A stretch of 64,000 bases of DNA from Candidatus Poribacteria bacterium (GTDB lineage Bacteria > Poribacteria > WGA-4E > WGA-3G): positions 3,520,001 through 3,584,000 of the forward strand of contig OZ251518.1 in NCBI GenBank assembly GCA_965242965.1. The letters are read 5' to 3'. The notes beneath the pieces were generated by a model. That model ran no database searches. It was given only the letters and a program-made list of their open reading frames with translations, and was not told the origin of the DNA. The first letter of the stretch is position 1; the number at the start of each line of letters is the position of its first letter. The translations under genes and the position numbers were made by a program. This document shows positions 30,741-42,578 of this stretch, piece by piece.

Positions 30741-32696
30741 TTATTTAAAAAAAGTGCTCGTATCCCACAGCAGAATGGTGCCATCGAAACTGCCGCTCGC
30801 CAAAAGCGCGCCATCCGGCGAAAAGGCAAGAGACTGAATGTCAGTGGAATGTCCCCAGAAAGTGGCGATGTTCTCACCCGTTGCAACCTCCCAGAATCTG
30901 ATGGACATCTTATCCGTGCCTTGCCACGCTGCCCCCGATACGAGATACCTGCCACATGGCGAAAATGTCAACGCCTCCGGTCTTTGGCATCCTTGCGGCA
31001 GGCATATCACCATGAGCGTTTCATACCTTTTCGCGTCCCATAGCCAAATTTCCCGGAAAATTCCACCGGCAATCACGTTCCCGCATGGCGAAAATACAAC
31101 AGTCTTTGGAACAGCATTGTATTCTATCCGTTTAAGTGCGCGTTGAATTTGACGCGCATCGCCTTTATATTTCTCTAAATCTTTGGGACGGTGAGTGGAC
31201 AGTTCCGTGATGAGCCGCCAATCGTCAACATCCCAAAGGAACGCTTTCGTATAGGGAGACGCGACAGCGAGGGACTTTCCATCAGGCGAAAAAGCGATGT
31301 GCCAAATCCAATCCGATTTTCCGTTCAGCGTCTGTAGCGCGGTTCCGTTTTGTAAATCCCACTCTATCAGGCCGCCGCCACCATCTGCGCTCACTAATCG
31401 TTCCTCTGTTGGAGAGAACGCGACAGCATAAATCGGTTTTTCCTGATGTCCCGTTAACTTCGCAATCGGCGCGTCGGGTTTCTCAACGTCCCACACCCTG
31501 ACTATGCCATCGTAGGCACTGGCGGCGAGTTTGTTTCCACACGGCGAAAAACTGATTGAACGGATTGTCATCGGTTCTTCTGCGAAAACGACTTGCGGTT
31601 CTCGCCGCGCAACATCCCAAAAGATTATGTCTCCTATCCAATGGCCGGCAGCCAACTTTTTTCCATCTGGGGAGAATTTGACGCAGCCACAGACATAGGG
31701 ATGCTTCCGAATAAGGGCTTCGTGCGGCGTGGCCTCGCCGATATTCCACACCTGAATTGTGCGAGGACCGGCGATGGCCACGTGCGACTCTGTGGTTTGC
31801 GAAAAATGCGTGGCATGCGAAATTTCGCGCAGCTCTTTATGTTCCAACGCCGCTAATTTTTTGTTGCGTTCCATATCCCACACAATGAGCGTGGTGCCGC
31901 TGACCTCGGATGCGAGCAAAGTTCCCTTTGACGAATAAGCGAATCTCTTCCGGCCATTTGTCGAGGAGACGGTTGAAGGTTCTCCGGTTTCCGCGAGTCG
32001 GTTGACATCCCACTTCCGCAGCGTGCCCTCTCTGTCCGCTGTCGTCAGGAAAGTCCCGCACGGCGAGAAGAGCAGTGTTGTTACCGATGCCGTATGTCCG
32101 GTGAGACAAGCGATGCGTTCACCCGCTGTCAGATTCCAGACAGAAAAGGTGTTTTCAGCTGTCGCGCATGCGAGCAGAACGCCGTCCGGAGAAAAGGCGA
32201 TGGGAATCCTCGGAAGAGGCCCCTTTTTAGGGGTATCGTCAACGGGGAATTCCGCAAGCGGTTCTCCGGTTTCGGCGTGCCAGACGTAAACAGTATCGTA
32301 GCGGCCCCCGGAACACGCTAAGCGTTGTCCGTCGGCTGAAAAGGCGAGCCGAGATACCTTATTCGCCTGTTTCCGGGTTCGTTCCATTTTGGCGATGCGT
32401 TGTTGGCTTGGCATATCCCAGACGCTCACGCCACCGTCCACATTGCCGGTAGCAAGCAAATGCCCGTTCGGCGAAAATGTCACCGCAGAAACCCCGCGTT
32501 CGGTATCCCATAACGCGAACGGTTCCATCGTGGACACCTCGTAGAGCCAGAGCCCGATACCACTTCCGACGGCGAGAGTGTTCCTGTCTGGAGAGAATGC
32601 CAGTGCCCGCACCAACCCTCTGCCCAATCGTGCAATCGCGCCATCGGGGAGAATCCATGTGGTAATATCGCTATTTGCGCGATGCTGATTTTCCAC
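30741..32696 (-). CDS. WD40-repeat protein
   Basis: LPDGAIARLGRG N-terminus and many GH...FSPDG...WD repeats; GTG start after GGAGG. Confidence 0.9.
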   Translation of the reverse strand: MENQHRANSDITTWILPDGAIARLGRGLVRALAFSPDRNTLAVGSGIGLWLYEVSTMEPFALWDTERGVSAVTFSPNGHLLATGNVDGGVSVWDMPSQQRIAKMERTRKQANKVSRLAFSADGQRLACSGGRYDTVYVWHAETGEPLAEFPVDDTPKKGPLPRIPIAFSPDGVLLACATAENTFSVWNLTAGERIACLTGHTASVTTLLFSPCGTFLTTADREGTLRKWDVNRLAETGEPSTVSSTNGRKRFAYSSKGTLLASEVSGTTLIVWDMERNKKLAALEHKELREISHATHFSQTTESHVAIAGPRTIQVWNIGEATPHEALIRKHPYVCGCVKFSPDGKKLAAGHWIGDIIFWDVARREPQVVFAEEPMTIRSISFSPCGNKLAASAYDGIVRVWDVEKPDAPIAKLTGHQEKPIYAVAFSPTEERLVSADGGGGLIEWDLQNGTALQTLNGKSDWIWHIAFSPDGKSLAVASPYTKAFLWDVDDWRLITELSTHRPKDLEKYKGDARQIQRALKRIEYNAVPKTVVFSPCGNVIAGGIFREIWLWDAKRYETLMVICLPQGCQRPEALTFSPCGRYLVSGAAWQGTDKMSIRFWEVATGENIATFWGHSTDIQSLAFSPDGALLASGSFDGTILLWDTSTFFK

Positions 32697-32715
32697 GCGC
32701 GCCCTCCGCGTTTGT

Positions 32716-33549
32716 TTACGGGGTATACCCGCGTTTGACGTTTGCCCAAGTGGTTGCGAGTTTGTCAACCGCATCGACAGCAAAAGTGCCAGAGATGTTT
32801 TGGAGCACCTCTGCCTCGGTGAGTGCCTTATCATAAGCGCGGACGATGGCGAATGAACCGTTGAAAGTCCGCCGCCGTTCGTCGAAGGAATTCGCACCGA
32901 TGGAGATGTCATTTATCGGTAACGCCTTGTCAAACTCAAAACCGGCTTGGCTGCTGACTTCTTCGCCATCTTGATATGCGACAATCGACTTGTCGTTAGT
33001 GCCGACAATCGTAAGCCAGGTCCACACGCCTTCCTCAAGTTTGAGGTTAAGCGGTTGAACGCCCTGTTTCGCACCTTGCGCATGGACAGAGATGTCCAAG
33101 TTTTGCCCGTTGACTATCCACAGCCGAATTCCCTGTTTCCCTTCCCGCGGGCTGTTTTGGAACCCGGCGAAGTGGTGTTCCTCCACAAAGAAATCGCCGT
33201 TGCGTCGGCAAAGGAACTCAAGCGTCCAGTCCTCAAAAAAGAGAGGCGGATTTTTTGCCGGCGGACCGCCGAAGGTTTGATGGGAATCCTTGGTTGTGTA
33301 ATACTTCGCGTTCGGCAAGTCGATGCCGAGTGCAGGGATTTTGATTGGCCCTTCCTCAAGTTCGGGTGCTTCGTCCGCGGCGGGTAATTCGCCTTCAGCC
33401 GTGCCGAGGTTTGTCCACGCGTCTTTGTGGCCTGGATTATCAGCGGCATCGAGGTAAAGCACCGGGTCTGGAACGATATTAGCATTTGCGATGTTGCACG
33501 CGAGGGATAGGCAAAGTATCGTCGTGCAAAGTGAAATAAGTGTTCTCAT
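32716..33549 (-). CDS. Secreted LamG-like jelly-roll protein
   Basis: Signal peptide; LYLDAAD...FNGSFAIVRAYDKALT; tail FAVDAVDKLATTWANVK. Confidence 0.8.
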   Translation of the reverse strand: MRTLISLCTTILCLSLACNIANANIVPDPVLYLDAADNPGHKDAWTNLGTAEGELPAADEAPELEEGPIKIPALGIDLPNAKYYTTKDSHQTFGGPPAKNPPLFFEDWTLEFLCRRNGDFFVEEHHFAGFQNSPREGKQGIRLWIVNGQNLDISVHAQGAKQGVQPLNLKLEEGVWTWLTIVGTNDKSIVAYQDGEEVSSQAGFEFDKALPINDISIGANSFDERRRTFNGSFAIVRAYDKALTEAEVLQNISGTFAVDAVDKLATTWANVKRGYTP

Positions 33550-33644
33550 TTGAGTCTTCCTCCTAGGGTTTGGAAAATAGATATGCCTCCGTTTCTGCTT
33601 GAAAACTATTATAACAGCATTTCAACATTTATTCAAGAGATAAA

Positions 33645-34440
33645 ATAAGGGAATTTCATATTTCGATGTCTTTTTGGTAGGAGAGACCTCCCGGTCTCAA
33701 TTTGTCCGTAGCGCGGGGGCCTGTCCCCCGCGATCGCAGCATGGCGAGGGACAGGCCCTCGCCCTACGGTGCGGGGGGTGGCGTTTTCGCGATCGCTGCA
33801 TGGCCTACGATGAAGGGGGGAGGCGTTTTTTTTTCGTATCGCGGGGGGGCTCGGATGCCAGACGCGCATCCGGGCTGGTTTCCCCCGCGAGTTCCATCGT
33901 CATGATGTGTGTTTCCCTCTCTGTAGTTTGTGATCGCCTGATCACAAACAGGTTAGGATCAGGCAATCCTGACCTACAGGGCCTGGCGCGAGAACGATGA
34001 CGAGGGCCTGTCCCTCGCCATCGTTCGCGCTGCGGAAAAACCGTCTCTTGTTCTCTTCAGGTCCGTAGGACCTGAATGTCTATAGCAGCCGATACGCAAA
34101 ATGCTCTAAGGGCCTTTAGGTCCTTAATAGCTTTTGCCAGGGCCGCGTGTTTTCTTATTAAGGACCTAAAGGACCTTGACAACGGTACGACACGTTTTTC
34201 TATAGACATGTAGGTCCTAACGGACCTAAAACGCCACCTTGTGACGATGGAACAACGCGGGGGACAGGCCCCCGCGCTCCGGTAAAAAACGCCATCCCCT
34301 CACCGTAGGGCGGGGGCCTGTCCCTCGCCATCGTCCGCGCAATCCAATCCTCGCGGGGGACAGGCCCCGCGCTACGGATGCATCGAGACCAGGAGGTCTC
34401 TCCTACCGGGATGCATGGATACCCGGCGCGCCTACCGGCA
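33645..34440. repeat. Modular REP cluster inside the split rrn locus
   Basis: All module types are present. Confidence 0.85.
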
Positions 34441-34506
34441 ATTCCCCGTTTTTTGACTGTAGCTGAAGAAAACGCAATCGAAATCAGCAGCCATTGTGCA
34501 TGTCTC

Positions 34507-34677
34507 CTAGCGAGTGTTTTCTGTAACGGCCGAGGGATGTGGGCAGGTAACTTGCCCGGGTCTGTAATCACAATAACCTCTCCACCGGCATCCCTTCGTA
34601 ACTGTTTGAGTCTTTTGACACCGGCTTCGTTCTGAGGCAACGATGAGAACCAGGAGAAAAACGATAAAGGCTTTCAT
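34507..34677 (-). CDS. Putative 56-aa secreted peptide or gene remnant
   Basis: AAAAGGAG RBS, then MKAFIVFLLVLIVASERSRCQKTQTVTKGCRWRGYCDYRPGQVTCPHPSAVTENTR*. Confidence 0.4.
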   Translation of the reverse strand: MKAFIVFLLVLIVASERSRCQKTQTVTKGCRWRGYCDYRPGQVTCPHPSAVTENTR

Positions 34678-34825
34678 AAAACACTCCTTTTAAGAGCGAC
34701 GGGCCATCGGGCAATTTGAAAAAACGAGGGGACAACGAGTAGGAAAGAAGGTATCCGTTCAGAAAACAACGACGATTTGAAAAGGGACCTTCCTTGAAAA
34801 CCGCGCGATGTCAGTTTGATGTTGA

Positions 34826-34899
34826 TGGGCTTATCTGGAGTCGAACCAGAGACCTCGCGCTTATCAGGCGCGCGCTCTAACCGTCTGAGCTATAAGCCC
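34826..34899 (-). tRNA. tRNA-Ile(GAU)
   Basis: GGGCTTATAGCTCAGACGGTTAGAGCGCGCGCCTGATAAGCGCGAGGTCTCTGGTTCGACTCCAGATAAGCCCA. Confidence 0.95.
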
Positions 34900-34997
34900 G
34901 AAGTAATGTTCTTGAAAGTTAAATAGTTTCAGTGAGTGTGCCCGTTAAGGTTCAGAGCGTGAACAGATGATTTGTGTGAGAAAGCATCTGTTGTATG

Positions 34998-36555
<1,558 letters not shown>

Positions 36556-36705
36556 AAGTATTGAAGCACATCTCAAACGCAGGTAAGTGGAAAATCATAC
36601 CCACGTCTTAATTGAGGTGCACTCACAAGCTATAAAATAGGCACGTCACGTTCACTATTTAACTTTCAAAGAACAACTTCACCTTTCGTTGAAAGGTTAT
36701 CTTTA

Positions 36706-36734
36706 ATTATACCCAATAAAAATCCGTTTGTCAA
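36706..36734 (-). promoter_or_regulatory. 16S rRNA promoter
   Basis: Perfect TTGACA-17bp-TATAAT, upstream A/T tracts, and a downstream boxA-like TGTTCTTTGAAA. Confidence 0.85.
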
Positions 36735-37029
36735 GTTAAAATGATAAAAAAATGCAGAATTTTGCATAAAAAGACCTTTTTTTTACGATTTTTTCACTTT
36801 TTTTCAAAAAAAAGGTCTTTTTTTTTACGATGCGCGCGGTTTGCGTGCAAAAAAACGCGCATTTTGCGCGCGCGACGGACCAAAAACGCGCGCGGGTGAA
36901 CAATACGCAAAATAAATTGGAATCAGGATTTTTGGGATATGGGGTTCTTTTTCCTCGCGCGCAGGGCTCATTTCTCGCTCACAACGTCTGCATCGCAAAG
37001 ATTCCGGGCGTTTTTCAGAAGATCGAGTC

Positions 37030-37682
37030 CGGCGAGGGCCTGTCCCTCTCCCTACTTTTGGAAATCGCGCATCCGCGAAAAACGTCTCTTCAGGTCCTTT
37101 AGGTCCTGCATGTCTATAGTAGCCCCGACGAAAAAAACACTAAGGTCCTTTAGGTCCTTAATATATAGCAGACGTAACCGATGAGAAGCATTAAGGACCT
37201 AAAGGACCTTGAAGAAGCGGGTGCCTGCGCGTGCTATAGACATTCAGGTCCTACGGACCTAAAGAGCGCGCCTTTTCATCAAGTAGGCATCTTCCCTGAA
37301 AGACTCCCTTTAATTGAGGGTATTTCATAAATCGTTCAACGTCGCGGTGATGAGCGCACCCGTAAAAAACGTCTCTTCAGGTCCTTTAGGTCCTGCATGT
37401 CTATAGTAGCCCCGACGCAAAAAAACACTAAGGTCCTTTAGGTCCTTAATATACAGCAGACGTAACCGATGAGAAGCATTAAGGACCTAAAGGACCTTGA
37501 GGACGCGGGTGCCTGCGCGTGCTATAGACATTCAGGTCCTACGGACCTGAAGAGCGCGTCTTTTCATCGTAGGTCAAGATCGCCTGATCTTGACCCGTTC
37601 GGGAGCGGGCGCTCCCGAACTACAGAGGTGGGTCCGATGCCCCCCGGTAGGAGAGACCTCCCGGTCTCGATGGCTCTCCTAC
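37030..37682. repeat. REP cluster with a duplicated ~200-bp AGGTCC/TCTATAG module
   Basis: 37080-37280 and 37365-37565 are near-identical direct copies. Confidence 0.8.
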
Positions 37683-37746
37683 TTTTTTGACGATGCGCGC
37701 GGTTTGCATGAAAAAAACGCGCATCGGACGAAAAGGTATGCAGTGC

Positions 37747-38013
37747 CTAGCCGCCACTGATTGCAGGCAGGAAATGAATCTCTGCATCTGCATTGAGGCG
37801 TTCGCGCATACCCTCGCGGGTGGTGAGGATACCATCAATATAGACAGCGATACCGGGTTTGATACGCCCCTCTTCGCATAAGCGCGCTTTGACACCGGGA
37901 TAGCGGTGCTCTAAATTGTCAATGACTTCTCGGACGGTGGTGCCGGGGACGGTGACCTGCTCTTCTCCAGCGGTTAGTTTGCGCATGAGGGAGGGAATGG
38001 CTACGTGTGGCAT
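37747..38013 (-). CDS. MoaD/ThiS-family sulfur carrier
   Basis: MPHVAIPSL...TVREVIDNLE..YPG...PAISGG with C-terminal GG. Confidence 0.88.
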   Translation of the reverse strand: MPHVAIPSLMRKLTAGEEQVTVPGTTVREVIDNLEHRYPGVKARLCEEGRIKPGIAVYIDGILTTREGMRERLNADAEIHFLPAISGG

Positions 38014-38171
38014 TGAAGATGTTCCTGGCAATGGGTGGATATGGCGAGGGACAAGCCCTCGCCCGAGGGTAAATGGGCGGATAGAGACATCCGCCCTTGT
38101 AGGCGAGACCTCCTGGTCTCGATGCATCCGTAGGGTAAATGGGCGGATAGAGACATCCGCCCTTACAGTAA

Positions 38172-40427
38172 CTAGATTTTGCCCATCGCTTTCAACATCC
38201 GTTCGGGTGACATCGGAAGTTCTGTCATCCGAATGCCGATGGCATCGTAGATGGCGTTGGCGATGGCCGCGGGCGGCGGCACAATCGGCACCTCGCCGAC
38301 ACCGCGCACGCCATACGGATGCCCCGGATTTGGCACCTCAACGATGACAGCGTCTATCATCGGAAGATCCAAGCATGTCGGCATGCGATAGTCAAGGAAG
38401 CTCGCGTTCGTCATCGTGCCTTCGGCATTGTAAATGTATTCCTCATTCAATGCCCAGCCGATGCCCTGCACAACGCCGCCCTGAATTTGCCCCTCAACGT
38501 AACTCGGATGGATGGCTTTGCCGGCATCCTGCGTTGCGGTGTAGCGGAGGATCTGCACCTTGCCAGTTTCCTCGTCTACCTCAAGATCGACGATGTGGGT
38601 TGCGAACGCGCCGCCGGCACCCGGGGGATTCACGGCAGCACTGCCGACGACGGGACCGCCTGTCTCACCGAGTCGCGCCGACAAATCGCGGAAGCTAATC
38701 TGCTCTTCCTTGCCGTTGATGCAGGAGAATTCGCCATCGGCGAACTGCACATCTTTCTCATCAACCTCCCAGAGTTTCGCCGCGCGCGCAATCATCTGTT
38801 TCTTGACATCTTGCGCGGCTTCATAAGCGGCGTATCCGGTCGCGAACGTCGTGCGGCTACCGCCTGTCACTGCAGTGTAACCGACAGAATTGGTATCAAC
38901 AACGCTGGGATTGACAGCCTCCGCTGGGATGCCAAGCACTTCCGCCGCCTGCATAGCGATGGACGCGCGCGTGCCGCCGATGTCCGTGGAACCTTCAACG
39001 AGGTTAATCGTGCCATCGGGATTGACGTTGATGGTGACGCTGGATGCCAAGCCGATGTTGAACCAGAAACCGGATGCGACGCCGCGTCCGTGGTGCTTCT
39101 TGCCATTCGGCGAGGTGTAGTGCGGATGCTGTTTCGCCGCCTCAACGCTTTCAATGAAGCCGATGCGCGGGAAAACCGGTCCGTCTGCACGTTTGACACC
39201 CTCTTTTGCACCGTTCATGATGCGGAATTCCAACGCATCGATGTTCAGTTTCTCCGCGAGTTCATCAATGACAGTCTCTGAACCGAACGCGGCGTTGGTT
39301 GCGCCGGGCGCGCGGTAAGGCGCGGTTTTCGGTTTATTGACGACGACATCGTAGCCGTCAATCAAGACATTCTCAATGTTATAGGGTGCGAAGATACACA
39401 TCGCGCCCGCGCCGACAGGTGAACCGGGGTACGCGCCTGCTTCAAAGTCAAGGCGTGTCTGCGCCGCGGTGAGTTTGCCGTCCTTCGTCGCGCCCATTTT
39501 GACGCTGATGAAAGACGCGGGTGTCGGGCCGGTGGCTTCAAACACGTCAGCGCGGTTCATCAACACCTTAACAGGCCTGCCTGTCTTCTTCGCGAGTAGT
39601 GCCGCGACCGGCTCCACATAGACGTTGATTTTGCCGCCAAATCCCCCGCCAATTTCCATCGGCACCACCTTAATCTTGGAGATGGGATACTGGAGGATTT
39701 CGGCGAGTTGTTCGCGCACGGTGAACGCGCCTTGCGTGCTACACCAAACGGTGAGTTGTCCGTCGGGGTTATAGAGCGCGGTGGCGTTGTGCGGTTCGAT
39801 GTAACCTTGATGGACAGTGCCGGTGACGAACTCGCGTTCAATGACAACATCCGCTTCTGCGAACCCTTTCTCAATATCGCCTTTCTGGTGCTGGAGGTGA
39901 CTGGCGATGTTGCTCGGTTTTTCAGCGGTTTCGCCCATCGAGCTCGTCTTCAGGTTTTCATGGACGAGCGGTGCATCCGGCTCCATCGCTTGACGCACCT
40001 CTAAGACAGGCGGCAGCACTTCGTATGCCACATCAATAAGCGCGCACGCTTCTTCCGCGATGTGTGCATTCGTCGCGGCGACAGCGGCGATGGCGTGTCC
40101 CTTGTAAAGTGCCTTGTCGCTAGCGAGGATGTTGTCGCAGAGGTATTTGAGATTGACTGCGCCTTCACCCAAGTCTGCGATTTTGTCTGCCGCTGTAGGC
40201 AAGTCTTCGGCGGTGACAACGGCTTTGACACCGGGGTATGCCTCGGCGCGGCTCGTGTCAATAGAGAGGATGCGTGCATGTGCATGCGGACTGCGGAGCA
40301 CGATGCCGTGCAGGAGGCCGGCGGTATGGAAATCGGCACCATAGAGCGCACGGCCGGTGACTTTATCAACACCGTCGTGTCGGATGGGCCGGGTTCCGAT
40401 GACTTTGTATTCTTTCTTTTCGGGCAT
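38172..40427 (-). CDS. Xanthine dehydrogenase-family molybdopterin-binding large subunit
   Basis: KVTGRALY, RSPHAHARI, GGGFGGK, PYRAPG, GVRGVGE motifs. Confidence 0.92.
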   Translation of the reverse strand: MPEKKEYKVIGTRPIRHDGVDKVTGRALYGADFHTAGLLHGIVLRSPHAHARILSIDTSRAEAYPGVKAVVTAEDLPTAADKIADLGEGAVNLKYLCDNILASDKALYKGHAIAAVAATNAHIAEEACALIDVAYEVLPPVLEVRQAMEPDAPLVHENLKTSSMGETAEKPSNIASHLQHQKGDIEKGFAEADVVIEREFVTGTVHQGYIEPHNATALYNPDGQLTVWCSTQGAFTVREQLAEILQYPISKIKVVPMEIGGGFGGKINVYVEPVAALLAKKTGRPVKVLMNRADVFEATGPTPASFISVKMGATKDGKLTAAQTRLDFEAGAYPGSPVGAGAMCIFAPYNIENVLIDGYDVVVNKPKTAPYRAPGATNAAFGSETVIDELAEKLNIDALEFRIMNGAKEGVKRADGPVFPRIGFIESVEAAKQHPHYTSPNGKKHHGRGVASGFWFNIGLASSVTINVNPDGTINLVEGSTDIGGTRASIAMQAAEVLGIPAEAVNPSVVDTNSVGYTAVTGGSRTTFATGYAAYEAAQDVKKQMIARAAKLWEVDEKDVQFADGEFSCINGKEEQISFRDLSARLGETGGPVVGSAAVNPPGAGGAFATHIVDLEVDEETGKVQILRYTATQDAGKAIHPSYVEGQIQGGVVQGIGWALNEEYIYNAEGTMTNASFLDYRMPTCLDLPMIDAVIVEVPNPGHPYGVRGVGEVPIVPPPAAIANAIYDAIGIRMTELPMSPERMLKAMGKI

Positions 40428-40501
40428 TGCGAATTTCCTCCGATGCGCGCTTAGCACGCGCGCGTTTGCGGTTGAAGCACCGCGGGAGACAGGCCCCCGC
40501 G

Positions 40502-40969
40502 CTACGCTGATGCCGCGTCAAGCACGGCACGGACGATTTTATCGTAACCGGTGCAGCGGCACAGATTGCCGGCTAACCAGTATCGAACTTCGTGCTCCGT
40601 CGGGTTCGGGTTGGTATCCAGCAGTGCCTTGGCACTCATGATAAACCCGGGTGTGCAGATACCGCACTGGAGCGCGGCGTTTTCGAGGAAGGCATCCTGA
40701 ATAGGGTGCAGCTTATCCGCTGCTGCGAGGCCTTCCACAGTTTCGACAGCTTTGCCCTCAGTCTCTACGCCGAGGACGAGGCATGAATTGACCAGGGTGC
40801 CGTCTAAAATGACACTGCAGGCACCACAATTCCCATTATTGCATCCCTCTTTTGCACCGGTGAGATGAAGTTCATCTCGGAGAACTTCCAAGAGACTCTG
40901 CCGGGCTTCGCAGAGGAATTCAACGGGTTCGCCATTAATCTGGGTTTGAACGTGCGTTTTTCTCGCCAT
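40502..40969 (-). CDS. XDH/CoxS-family 2Fe-2S subunit
   Basis: GCNNGNCGAC, QCGICTPG, NLCRCTGY motifs. Confidence 0.93.
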   Translation of the reverse strand: MARKTHVQTQINGEPVEFLCEARQSLLEVLRDELHLTGAKEGCNNGNCGACSVILDGTLVNSCLVLGVETEGKAVETVEGLAAADKLHPIQDAFLENAALQCGICTPGFIMSAKALLDTNPNPTEHEVRYWLAGNLCRCTGYDKIVRAVLDAASA

Positions 40970-41020
40970 AGTGTGGGCTCCTTTTTTGCGCGCTTGGAAA
41001 GCACGGATTCGGTTGATAGG

Positions 41021-41896
41021 TTAGACATCCAAGATTCGCTGAATGGCTCCCTTGAGGGCGCGCCGGGTTAGCACACCGACGAGGTGCGTTCGCTGTTCGG
41101 CGGTGCCGCGCATATCGCTGATAGGACGCGCGATGGCTTGCGCCGCTGCGGCGGCTTCGTCAATCGCTTCGTCAGAAATCTTTTTCCCAGCAAGTAACGC
41201 GCTCGCTTCCTCTGCAAAGAGCGGTGTCGGGGCAACGGCTGCCAATGCGATGCGTGCAGAGACAATCGTCTCTTTCGCCGCGTCAAGCGTTACGGCTGCG
41301 CCCGCGCCGACGACAGCGATATCCATCTCATTGCGCGGGATAAACCGGAGGTAATAGGAACTGGAATTGCTCGGCGGCTGCGGTATCTTGATTTCAACCA
41401 GCATTTCGCCTTCTTCCAGGACTGTCTGTCCGGGCCCCGTGCAGAATGCCGCGGCTGGGAGTTCTCTCTCACCGTCGGGTCCGGCGATAACGCAGGTAGC
41501 GTTAAGAACGATGAGCGGCGGGATGCTATCCGCTGCAGGCGAAGCGTTACATAAGTTACCGCCAACGCAAGCGCGTCCCTGAATCGCGGTGCCGCCGATA
41601 ATTTTGGTTGCGTCAATTAGGCCGGGGAAACTCTCGCAGATGGACTCCGTGCCGTAAATCCGATGACACGGCACCGCGGCACCGAGTCTCAGTCCATTTT
41701 GCGAGTCGTGCGAGAGGACATTCACTTCGGGGATGGCTTTGATGTCCACCATCCAGTCCACGTCGCGCTTTGCCTCCCTGACTTGCACGATAATGTCTGT
41801 GCCGCCAGCGAGGACGCGGGCTTGTTGTCCTTTTTCTTTCAGCACCGCTACGGCTTCGGGCACCGTTTGCGCGGCGACATATTCAAATGCTTGCAT
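41021..41896 (-). CDS. XDH/CoxM-family FAD-binding subunit
   Basis: LAGGTD, GGNLCNASPAAD, PISDMRGT motifs. Confidence 0.93.
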   Translation of the reverse strand: MQAFEYVAAQTVPEAVAVLKEKGQQARVLAGGTDIIVQVREAKRDVDWMVDIKAIPEVNVLSHDSQNGLRLGAAVPCHRIYGTESICESFPGLIDATKIIGGTAIQGRACVGGNLCNASPAADSIPPLIVLNATCVIAGPDGERELPAAAFCTGPGQTVLEEGEMLVEIKIPQPPSNSSSYYLRFIPRNEMDIAVVGAGAAVTLDAAKETIVSARIALAAVAPTPLFAEEASALLAGKKISDEAIDEAAAAAQAIARPISDMRGTAEQRTHLVGVLTRRALKGAIQRILDV

Positions 41897-42016
41897 AACA
41901 GGTTCTCCGTTTTGCTCTATTGGAGCGGGTTAAAGAGTTGATGAAAAGTGGTTGCGTCTCTACTATCATATTATAGCAAAAACGCAAAAATATGCAAGCA
42001 TTTTTTTAATTTTAAC

Positions 42017-42577
42017 TGAGGGTGTTTCATATTTCGATGGCTTCCCAGTAGGCGAGTTCTCCCGGTCTCGATTTCTTCGGGTAGGAGAGCCCTCCTGGTC
42101 TCGATGCAGTTTGTCCTCTGTCCCTCGCCATCGTTTGCACACTCAACGATCGCGGGGGACAGGCCCCCGCGCTACGGTAAAAAAACGCCCCGGGTTACCG
42201 TAGGGCGAGGGCCTGTCCCTCGCCGTGCCTGTTCCTTGTAAAAGACCGTAGTTCGGGAGCGCCCGCTCCCGAACCGTTTGTGATCAGGCGATCACAAACT
42301 ACAGAGGTGGAAACACACATCATGACGATGGAGTTCGCGGGGGAAACCCGCTCGGATGCGCGGCTGGCATCCGAGGGCCCCCGCGCTACGATAAAAAACG
42401 CCATCCTTTCACCGTAGTACGTGGGCCTGTCCCTCGCCATCGTCCGCGCAATCCAACGCGCGGGGGACAGGCCCCCGCGCTACGGGAACATCGAGACCAG
42501 AGGGCTCTCCTACCGAGGATCTATTGAGACCGGGAAGTCTCTCCTACGGGTGTGCGTCGAAATATGAAACACCCTCA
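42017..42577. repeat. MITE-like REP cluster with both inverted ends
   Basis: TGAGGGTGTTTCATATTTCGA ... TCGAAATATGAAACACCCTCA. Confidence 0.85.
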
Positions 42578-42578
42578 T

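Noticed and set aside
38172-41896. Aerobic CO dehydrogenase coxMSL
   Set aside because: The active-site loop reads PYRAPG, not form I AYxCSFR or form II AYRGAGR. The substrate is unknown.
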